Source of the DNA: an uncultured Methanosarcinales archaeon
Lineage (GTDB): Archaea > Nanobdellota > Nanobdellia > Woesearchaeales > JACJVV01
Direction of reading: 5' to 3'
Length of the DNA: 64,000 nucleotides
Assembly: GCA_964581515.1 (NCBI GenBank)
Contig: CAZOOV010000001.1
Span: 180,823-244,822, forward strand
The notes under the pieces are model-generated. The model searched no databases and was not told the origin of the DNA. It saw nothing but the letters and a program-made list of their open reading frames with translations. The stretch's first letter is position 1, and every line of letters starts with the position of its first letter. Positions 49,287 to 57,395 of this stretch are shown here, piece by piece. The position numbers and the translations under genes are program-made.

Positions 49287-49306
49287 ATTAACCGAGGGGA
49301 ATTTTA

Positions 49307-49768
49307 ATGAATGAAAAATTGAAGATAATACTTGACAACGCAATTAAAGAAGAACAATATTTTCATGAGTTTTACAAAGCATTAGCAGAAAAAGCAAATG
49401 AACCTGCAGTGAAAAAAGAGCTCCTTAAATTATCTGAACAAGAACTGATTCATAAAGAAAAACTAAGGAGCCTAAACTTTGAAAGAATAGGTGATAAGAT
49501 AATTGCTGATGCAATAGATGAATTTGATATAGAGGAAGAAATTGCATTAAATCCTATTGAAGAATTTAGAAATATCAAAGAGATGTTGGAATTTGCAATA
49601 AAACAAGAAGTATTAGCAAAAGTGACATATCTTAAGATGGCAAAGACGATAAATGATGATGAAGCCATGAATATATTTGAAATGTTGGCTGAAGAAGAGA
49701 AGAAACATGAATTATTATTGACAGGCAAACTTGCTTTACTTGAACAGCAAGGAGCTGTAGATTGGTAA
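49307..49768 (+). CDS. Ferritin-like (rubrerythrin-type diiron) protein
   Basis: Duplicated AIKxE...ExxH motifs. Confidence 0.85.
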   Translation: MNEKLKIILDNAIKEEQYFHEFYKALAEKANEPAVKKELLKLSEQELIHKEKLRSLNFERIGDKIIADAIDEFDIEEEIALNPIEEFRNIKEMLEFAIKQEVLAKVTYLKMAKTINDDEAMNIFEMLAEEEKKHELLLTGKLALLEQQGAVDW

Positions 49769-49783
49769 AAGGAGGGAATAAGA

Positions 49784-50311
49784 ATGGCTATTTCAAAAAA
49801 GATGCAAGATGCAATAAATTTACAAATAAATGCAGAGATGTACTCAGCTTATCTTTATCTAGCAATGTCTGCAAACTTTGAAAACAGTAACTTAACAGGA
49901 TTTGCAAACTGGATGAAAGTACAAGCACAAGAAGAGATGGTACATGCAATGAAATTTTATACCCATTTAGTAGAAAGAGGAGGAAAGGTAATACTTGGTG
50001 CAATAGACAAACCACCAAAAGAATGGAAAAGCCCATTAGCAGTATTTGAAGAGGCATATAAGCATGAACAAAAAGTAACAACACTAATCCATAATCTAGT
50101 TGACCTATCAACAAAGGAAAAAGATCACGCTGCAAATAGTATGTTACAGTGGTTTGTAGATGAACAAGTAGAAGAAGAAGCTTCTGCAGATGCAGTTGTA
50201 CAGAAATTAAAGATTGCAAAAGATGCACCAGGAGCTATCTTCATGATAGACCAAGAGTTAGGAACAAGAGTATTTGTTCCACAGCCAGCAGATGGTGGTG
50301 GTGCTCAATAA
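49784..50311 (+). CDS. ftn: Non-heme ferritin
   Basis: QINAEMYSAYLYLAM, EEMVHAMKF, LQWFVDEQVEEE. Confidence 0.93.
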   Translation: MAISKKMQDAINLQINAEMYSAYLYLAMSANFENSNLTGFANWMKVQAQEEMVHAMKFYTHLVERGGKVILGAIDKPPKEWKSPLAVFEEAYKHEQKVTTLIHNLVDLSTKEKDHAANSMLQWFVDEQVEEEASADAVVQKLKIAKDAPGAIFMIDQELGTRVFVPQPADGGGAQ

Positions 50312-50394
50312 ATCAAGAGAGGTGAAGGGAGATGGCTAAATACGAGAAATTGAAAATTTCTGGACTTAGTCATTTTTAATAAAAGGTGATAAAA

Positions 50395-50562
50395 ATGACT
50401 AAGTTCAAATGTATACCATGTGATTATGTTTATGATGAAGAAACAGGGGACCCTGATAATGGAGTAGAAGCAGGAACTAAATTTGCTGATATCCCTGATA
50501 CATGGGTCTGTCCAGTATGTGGAGTAGGAAAAGACCAATTCGAAGAAATAAAAGAAGAATAA
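50395..50562 (+). CDS. Rubredoxin
   Basis: Not in the track; [55 protein letters not shown]; GGTGA RBS. Confidence 0.95.
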   Translation: MTKFKCIPCDYVYDEETGDPDNGVEAGTKFADIPDTWVCPVCGVGKDQFEEIKEE

Positions 50563-50622
50563 TTAACAACTAGTAAAAAAATAATAGATTGAGATTATAA
50601 TCAATTATTGGAGGTATTAAAA

Positions 50623-51006
50623 ATGGCAGAGGAAAATGGAATCTACAAATGTGAAGTATGTGGAAATATAGTATCTGTTATTGAAGCACATGATGGAACA
50701 TTAGTATGTTGTGGACAAGAGATGAAAATCTTAGAAGAAAAAGCAATTGAACAAGAAGGTAATGAAAAACATGTACCTATCATCGAAACAAGTGAAGGTA
50801 AAGTCAAAGTAAGTGTTGGATCAGTACCACACCCTATGGAAGAAGATCACTGGATAGAACTAATTCAACTCCTGAAAGATGGAAAAGTAATAGCAGAAAA
50901 GAAACTATCTCCAGGGGACACACCAGTAGCAGAGTTCTGTGTCTCAAATACAGAAGGAATTAGTGCTAGAGAAATATGCAATAAACATGGGCTCTGGAAA
51001 AGTTAA
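50623..51006 (+). CDS. dfx: Desulfoferrodoxin (2Fe superoxide reductase)
   Basis: YKCEVCGN, LVCCG, EKHVP, HPMEEDHWI, CNKHGLW; start after GGAGGT RBS. Confidence 0.94.
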   Translation: MAEENGIYKCEVCGNIVSVIEAHDGTLVCCGQEMKILEEKAIEQEGNEKHVPIIETSEGKVKVSVGSVPHPMEEDHWIELIQLLKDGKVIAEKKLSPGDTPVAEFCVSNTEGISAREICNKHGLWKS

Positions 51007-51024
51007 TCTTTTCCTTTTTAATCT

Positions 51025-51660
51025 ATGACAAATAAAAAATTAATAAGCCAAATAAAGGCTTTAAAAAACAGTAAAGTAAAGGACCAAATAGATAAAAAGT
51101 TAAAGGAATTCAAAAGTTTCAAGAGAAAAAGTACAGATGAGTGGTTCTGTGAGTTATGCTTTTGCATACTTACTGCAAATTCTAAAGCTATGACTGCCCT
51201 TTCAATCCAGGAAGAACTTGGTAGCCAAGGTTTTATCTGTAATTCTCAAAAAGAGATTTGCAATTGCATTAAAAGAAATAAACATAGATTCCATAATAAT
51301 AAGTCCAAGTATATTATAGAAGCAAGGAAGCATAAGGATGAACTTAAGAAAAAGATAAATTCTATGAGTGAGAAAGATGGTCGAGAATGGATTGTTAAAA
51401 ATATCAAGGGTCTTGGTTACAAAGAATCATCACACTTTCTCAGAAATGTCGGATATGATAATCTTGCAATACTTGATAGACATATATTGAACCTCATGGT
51501 TGATACAAATATGATAAAAGAGAAGCCAAAAACATTAACAAAGAATATTTATGAAAAAATAGAGAAGAAATTTATAGAATTAGCTAAAAAAATGAAGATG
51601 AGTGCTGCTGAACTTGATTTTTACATGTGGTATATTAAAACAAATAAAGTGTTAAAGTGA
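51025..51660 (+). CDS. ogg: 8-oxoguanine N-glycosylase/DNA lyase (OGG2 type)
   Basis: ELCFCILTAN, HRFHN, IKGLGYKESSHFLRNVG, AILDRHI, ELDFYMWY. Confidence 0.93.
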   Translation: MTNKKLISQIKALKNSKVKDQIDKKLKEFKSFKRKSTDEWFCELCFCILTANSKAMTALSIQEELGSQGFICNSQKEICNCIKRNKHRFHNNKSKYIIEARKHKDELKKKINSMSEKDGREWIVKNIKGLGYKESSHFLRNVGYDNLAILDRHILNLMVDTNMIKEKPKTLTKNIYEKIEKKFIELAKKMKMSAAELDFYMWYIKTNKVLK

Positions 51661-51725
51661 ATGAAAATAGAGAGTATTGATATTAATGAGAGTATTGGGA
51701 GTAATATATAAGATAAAGGTGTGAA

Positions 51726-52481
51726 ATGACAGAGATAGAAGAGAAAATAGGAGAATTAGTTGAAATAAAAGAAGAGACATATGATGTAAAGACATTCATA
51801 ATAAAATTTGATGAAGTCACGGAATTCATACCAGGTCAGTACTGCATGGTCTCATTAATTGATGTAGAAGGTTTTGAAAAAAAGCAAATTCCACTAACAT
51901 ATACAAATATCCCAGGAACAAATTTTATTGAACTTACTGTAAAGAAAATAGGTGGATTTACCAGTACAATGCATGAGCTTGATGTAGGTGTTAAGATAAA
52001 GGTAAAAGGACCTTTTGGTGAAGCATTGAATTTTGATAAAAACATCAAGAAGGATGTTGTATTCCTTGCTGGAGGGTCGGGAATAACGCCATTTATCACA
52101 ACAATAAGATATATAATTGAAAAAGAATTAAAGAATAATGCTGTATTGTTCTTTGGTAATAGAACTCAAAAAGATATAATATATGCCGAAGAGCTTAAAG
52201 AACACAATGAACTTGATAATATTACTATTGTAAATACTCTTTCAGATACTGAAAGCAAAAAATGGACTGGACACACTGGCCGAATCAATAAACAGTTGAT
52301 AGAAGAATATGTTGATAACCCTAAGGCAAAAATATGGTATATATGTGGACCACCACAGATGGTTGCTGGCATGAGTAAAATCCTGGATGAAATAGGAATA
52401 AACAAGGATAACATAATGGTTGAGAATTGGGAACTTCCCGGAAAGCATGATGCAGATAAACAACATAAGAATACAATATAA
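51726..52481 (+). CDS. FAD/NAD(P)H oxidoreductase (FNR-like)
   Basis: PGQY, GPFG, AGGSGITPF, FGNRT, YICGPPQMV. Confidence 0.88.
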   Translation: MTEIEEKIGELVEIKEETYDVKTFIIKFDEVTEFIPGQYCMVSLIDVEGFEKKQIPLTYTNIPGTNFIELTVKKIGGFTSTMHELDVGVKIKVKGPFGEALNFDKNIKKDVVFLAGGSGITPFITTIRYIIEKELKNNAVLFFGNRTQKDIIYAEELKEHNELDNITIVNTLSDTESKKWTGHTGRINKQLIEEYVDNPKAKIWYICGPPQMVAGMSKILDEIGINKDNIMVENWELPGKHDADKQHKNTI

Positions 52482-52553
52482 GATATTTAAAACTTATTTT
52501 CATTGTTAAAGAAAAATTAATTATATTATACTATATATCATGTGATATTGAAA

Positions 52554-53264
52554 ATGACAAAAACCATATTCCATAAAAAAAAGGAAGATTGCTATAAAGA
52601 GGCTGTAAGAATAATAATTGAATCTATAGAGAAAACTCTTGCTGAGAAGGAGTATGCTGTTTTGGCAATTCCAGGTGGGAGAAATGTTGCTGCAATATTT
52701 AATATCCTAACTAAGGAGGATATCTTGTGGGATAAGATACATATATTTATGGTCGATGAGAGATTAGTAGGGATTGATGATGAACAAAGTAATTTCAAGC
52801 TTGCGAATGATAGTTTTATCAAGAATTTAATTAAAACAGGAAAATTACAGGAAGAAAATATACATCCATTTATTGTGAATGCTAATGAAAAAGATAAAGG
52901 CATTAAGAAATATGAAGAAGAATTAAAGAAAGTTGGTGGAAAGTATGATATCGTTCTGTTGAGTGCTGGAGAAGATGGTCATGTTGGTGCGCTTTATCCA
53001 AAACATCATTCGGTCAATGATGAGAGTGATTTTTTCATTACAATAAATGATTCACCCAAAGCCCCCGCAGAGAGGATGTCTTCATCAAAGAATCTTTTGC
53101 TTAAATCTAGTATTGGAATAATAATATTTATAGGTAATGGAAAGAAAGAAGCATATGAAAAATATATTGACAAAGGATTAGAAATCGAAGATTGTCCTGC
53201 TAAGATTGTTGATTCATTAAATGAGTCATATGTACTAACTGATATCATAAAAGAAGAGGATTAA
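52554..53264 (+). CDS. pgl: 6-phosphogluconolactonase
   Basis: PGGRN, IFMVDERLV, SNFKL, GEDGHVGALYP, PKAPAERMS. Confidence 0.88.
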   Translation: MTKTIFHKKKEDCYKEAVRIIIESIEKTLAEKEYAVLAIPGGRNVAAIFNILTKEDILWDKIHIFMVDERLVGIDDEQSNFKLANDSFIKNLIKTGKLQEENIHPFIVNANEKDKGIKKYEEELKKVGGKYDIVLLSAGEDGHVGALYPKHHSVNDESDFFITINDSPKAPAERMSSSKNLLLKSSIGIIIFIGNGKKEAYEKYIDKGLEIEDCPAKIVDSLNESYVLTDIIKEED

Positions 53265-53276
53265 AAAGAGGTAAAG

Positions 53277-54639
53277 ATGGAAAGCACCATAGTAATATTA
53301 GGAGTAACAGGTGATCTTGCTAGAAAGAAGATTATACCAGCAATATACAATCTTATACTACATAAAAAACTAAAGAATTTTGCAATAATTGGTGTTGCGA
53401 GAAGCAAGCATACAAAAACTGAACTAATAAATAAATCAAAAGAATATATTAAGGGTTTTGATAAAAATGTTTGGAATAAAATAAAAGAAAGATTCACTTA
53501 TTTAAGAGCAGATTTTAATGAAGGCGAAAAAGTATGCAAGATTGGAAAAAATATAAGAGAAATTGAAAAAAAGTATAATCTTAAAGAAGACAGAATATTT
53601 TACTTAGCTACACTTCCTGATTTATTCATTCCTATAGCGTCTACTCTAAATAAATGTGGACTTACAAACAAGAAAGATAAGATAGTATTTGAAAAACCAT
53701 TTGGAAATAATCTTAAGTCTGCAGTGGAGATTAATAAAGAAATTAGAAAATGGTACAGTGAAGAATCTGGGTAAGGAAATTGTACAGAATATATCCATTG
53801 CAAGATTTACAAATACTGTACTTGAACCGTTATGGAATAACAAATTTATTGATCATGTACAAATAATATTAACAGAAGATTTTGGAATTGAAGATAGAGG
53901 AGGATTCTATGACAAATACGGTGCACTTAAAGATGTTGTACAAAATCATATGCTACAACTTTTAAGCCTTACAGCAATGGAAGCACCAACTAGCCTTAAT
54001 GAAGAGAATATAAGGGATCAAAAAATTAAAGTGCTTAGAGCTGTCAGAAATCCAGAAAAGAATAACATCATACTTGGACAATATGAAGGATATAAAAAAG
54101 AGAAAGGCGTAAAACCAAATTCAAAAACATCTACATTTGTTGCAAGTAAACTTTTTATCAACAATAAAAGATGGAAAAATGTTCCATTCTATTTAATCAC
54201 TGGAAAAAATATGAAAAATAAAACCGCCGGGATATATATTGAATTTAAACAAGCAAAATGTAGGCTGTTTGATAAAGGATGTAAATTCACACCAAATCAT
54301 CTTGTGATACAGATACAGCCAAATCAAGGAATATATATGGGACTCAATGCAAAATCGCCTGGTAATGGTGAGATTGTTCCTGTCAATATGAATTTCTCAC
54401 ATGAGCGAAAATTTGGACTCAATTCACCTGAAGCATATGAGAATCTCATAGAAGATGTAATCAAAGGCAATCAAGCAATGTTTATCAGGACAGATGAAGT
54501 TGAAGAACAATGGAGAATAATTGATAAAATTGACATAGAGAAACTTAAGGTAAATAAATACAAGAAAAAAGATTATCCAACAGAAGCTAAGAAGTTTATT
54601 GAGAAAGATTGTAGATCATGGCACCTGGAGGTGAAGTAG
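53277..54639 (+). pseudogene. zwf: Glucose-6-phosphate dehydrogenase, split by a frameshifting deletion at ~53766
   Basis: Frame 1 has GVTGDLA and EKPFG and ends at TAA 53774; frame 2 resumes LGKE and has DVVQNHMLQ and YENL; RIDHY is missing. Confidence 0.9.
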
Positions 54640-55536
54640 ATGAAGATAGGATTTATCGGACTTGGAAGAATGGGTTATAATATGGTCTTAAATTTGCTTG
54701 ATCATAAGAATAAAGTTGTTGTTTACAATAGATCTCCTGAGAAAACAAAAAAGATTGTTAAGAAAGGCGCAATAGGAGCGTTTAGTGTTAATGAACTTAT
54801 TGAAAAACTGCCATCACCGAAGATTATATGGTTAATGGTAGTAGCTGGAAAACCAGTAGATGATATGATTAAGAAATTATTGCCACACCTTAAGAAAGGA
54901 GATATCATAATCGATGGAGGAAATTCATACTATAAAGATTCTATAAGAAGATACAATATGCTCAGGAAAAAAGGTATTAAGTTCTTAGATACAGGAACTT
55001 CAGGTGGAATGGAAGGTGCAAGACAAGGTGCATGCATGATGATTGGTGGAGACAAAACAGTCTTCAAAAAAGTAGAGAAATTGTTTAGAGATATGTGTGT
55101 AAAAGAAGGTTATGGATATATGGGGAAAACTGGTGCTGGACATTTTGTTAAAGCAGTGCATAATGGGATTGAATATGGCATGATGGGAGCAATTGCTGAA
55201 GGTATGGCAAATATCAAAAGTCAGAGCAAAAAGTTTGGCACTGATCTTAATGAGGCAATTAAAGTATATGCACATGGAAGCATAATAGAGAGCAGGCTTG
55301 TATCGTGGCTTGAAAAATCATATTACACAAAAGGATACCTCGATACTATGGCAGAAATTGTCCCAAAAGGAGAAACAGAAGAAGAAATGAAGAAAATAAA
55401 GAAATTACATCCTATGCCTGTGTTGAATGAAGCAATAAAGATGAGGGTCGGGACCAGGAAGAAGCCAAAATATGAAGGTAAGCTACTTGCTGCAATGAGG
55501 AATCAATTCGGTGGACATAAAGTGGTAAAAAAATAA
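54640..55536 (+). CDS. gnd: Short-type decarboxylating 6-phosphogluconate dehydrogenase
   Basis: GFIGLGRMG, IDGGNSYY, GTSGG, GHFVKAVHNGIEYG, AAMRNQFGGH. Confidence 0.93.
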   Translation: MKIGFIGLGRMGYNMVLNLLDHKNKVVVYNRSPEKTKKIVKKGAIGAFSVNELIEKLPSPKIIWLMVVAGKPVDDMIKKLLPHLKKGDIIIDGGNSYYKDSIRRYNMLRKKGIKFLDTGTSGGMEGARQGACMMIGGDKTVFKKVEKLFRDMCVKEGYGYMGKTGAGHFVKAVHNGIEYGMMGAIAEGMANIKSQSKKFGTDLNEAIKVYAHGSIIESRLVSWLEKSYYTKGYLDTMAEIVPKGETEEEMKKIKKLHPMPVLNEAIKMRVGTRKKPKYEGKLLAAMRNQFGGHKVVKK

Positions 55537-55555
55537 AAATGTGAGGTGGCGAAAA

Positions 55556-55948
55556 ATGAAATTCTTTAAAATCAATAAAGATGAGAAAAAATTCATCACC
55601 AAAATAATACCTATAGCTGCAATAATTGGAGGACTATGTTGTTTTACACCTGTTGTACTTGTATTATTTGGGATAAGCAGTATTGCATTTGCTGCATCAC
55701 TATCAGATACACTCTATTATGGATATAAATGGGTATTTAGAGGGGTTGCACTATTATTCTTACTTGTCAGCTTAGGATGGTATTTATGGAAAAAAGAGAA
55801 AGTATGTAGTTTTGACGCCCTAAAAAGAAAAAGAAGAAAGGTACTCAATATTGTTCTAATTACGATAATAGGGGGAGTAATAGCCTATATAATATGGCTT
55901 TATGTAATTGTTGAAATAATTGGAATCTTACTTGGAATATGGGGATAA
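55556..55948 (+). CDS. MerF/MerT-like metal transport membrane protein
   Basis: LCCFTPVVLVLFG in TM1, three TM helices; start after GAGGTG RBS. Confidence 0.65.
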   Translation: MKFFKINKDEKKFITKIIPIAAIIGGLCCFTPVVLVLFGISSIAFAASLSDTLYYGYKWVFRGVALLFLLVSLGWYLWKKEKVCSFDALKRKRRKVLNIVLITIIGGVIAYIIWLYVIVEIIGILLGIWG

Positions 55949-55981
55949 TTTTAGTAAACCTCTTTTGTTTTGTAAAAACAC

Positions 55982-56350
55982 TTAAGAAGAAGGCAAATCA
56001 CAATATTGACAATTAGTAGACATACAGCTTTGATTATTGAATTTCCATTTAAGAGCCCATTTCTTTATGTCTTTTATTATCTTTATGAATGCAAGTCCTC
56101 CCTTAGTAAGAGAATATTCACATTTTATAGGAAAAGATGAAAGGTCTATATTCTTCTTTATCATCCCTTCTTTCTCAAGTTCCTTAAGCCTTGCTGATAA
56201 TATCTTTGGTGTGATTCCTGGGAGATTTGTCTTTAATTGAGAATACCTTCGTTTATGAGTCTTGCCTTTATAGATTTCTAATAAAATAAGCAAAGTCCAT
56301 TTCTTACCAATAAAGTTGGTTGTTTTATATATTGTACAATTTTCATCCAT
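55982..56350 (-). CDS. HxlR-family winged-helix regulator
   Basis: IGKKWTLLIL, ITPKILSARLKELE, EYSLT; Cys5 and C-terminal Cys cluster. Confidence 0.92.
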   Translation of the reverse strand: MDENCTIYKTTNFIGKKWTLLILLEIYKGKTHKRRYSQLKTNLPGITPKILSARLKELEKEGMIKKNIDLSSFPIKCEYSLTKGGLAFIKIIKDIKKWALKWKFNNQSCMSTNCQYCDLPSS

Positions 56351-56370
56351 AGTATATATTTAGAAACCAC

Positions 56371-56388
56371 TACTTATTTAAATAAGTA
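56371..56388. promoter_or_regulatory. Perfect palindrome, candidate HxlR operator
   Basis: TACTTATTTAAATAAGTA between divergent hxlR and Fe-S genes. Confidence 0.6.
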
Positions 56389-56445
56389 TCTATTTTATAC
56401 TTAGTATATAAAAGATATCATTAAATGTTATTGAAGATAAGAAAA

Positions 56446-57276
56446 ATGGGAAAAAGAAAAATAGTTAATATTGATGAAAGCAAATGCAATGGTTGCGGAT
56501 TATGCGTTCCAAACTGTCAGGAAGGCGCTTTGCAGATGATAGATAATAAAGCAAGACTCATCAGCGATCTTTTTTGTGATGGATTAGGTGCGTGTATAGG
56601 ACATTGTCCTCAAGGAGCTATCACTATTGAAGAAAGAGAAGCAGAACCATATGATGAAAGAAAAGTAATGGAAGATAATATTGTACCTAAAGGAGAAAAT
56701 ACCATTAAAGCACATATGTCACACTTAAAAGAACATGGTGCTATGAAATATTTTGATGAAGCTGTTGATTATCTTAATGAAAAAGGGATTTCTATCCCTG
56801 ATCTTGGAGGAAATGAAAAAATGGGAGATTTACCATGTGGCTGTCCAGGAACAGCTATGAGAGAAGTAAAACATGATAATGAAACAAACGCAGGCAATAA
56901 TACAGAACAAACTTCTGCACTAACACAATGGCCTGTACAAATGAATCTATTGCCACCACAAGCACCATTTTTTGAAAATTCACACCTACTTGTTGCTGCT
57001 GATTGTGTGCCTTTTGCAACACCTAATTTCCATTCTAAACTACTTAACGGAAAGTCACTTGTTATTGGATGTCCTAAACTTGATGACATTGAAGGCTATA
57101 CTGAAAAACTAACAGAGATATTCAAATTGAATAAGATTAAGAGCGTTACAGTTGCTATAATGGAAGTTCCTTGTTGCTACGGCATGTATGCTGCTGTAGA
57201 GCAAGCAGTGGAAAACAGCGGTAAACAGATTCCTGTGATAAAAGAAGTGATAGGAGTCAACGGCGAGATACAGTAA
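56446..57276 (+). CDS. 2x[4Fe-4S] ferredoxin-domain protein
   Basis: CNGCGLCVPNC, CDGLGACIGHCP, QWPVQ, AADC, GCPKLD, MEVPCC. Confidence 0.9.
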   Translation: MGKRKIVNIDESKCNGCGLCVPNCQEGALQMIDNKARLISDLFCDGLGACIGHCPQGAITIEEREAEPYDERKVMEDNIVPKGENTIKAHMSHLKEHGAMKYFDEAVDYLNEKGISIPDLGGNEKMGDLPCGCPGTAMREVKHDNETNAGNNTEQTSALTQWPVQMNLLPPQAPFFENSHLLVAADCVPFATPNFHSKLLNGKSLVIGCPKLDDIEGYTEKLTEIFKLNKIKSVTVAIMEVPCCYGMYAAVEQAVENSGKQIPVIKEVIGVNGEIQ

Positions 57277-57395
57277 GATTAGCTGTGTTTCAACATTTAT
57301 TTGTAATCTTATACTAATATAACTTATATGATTATCGTTCTATAACCATCAAATAGTAGCAAAAACCTTAAAAAAGCAGGAATAATCCTCTATTC

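Noticed and set aside
53689-53774. Programmed frameshift or natural split zwf
   Set aside because: The RIDHY codons are absent from all frames, so recoding could not restore the enzyme
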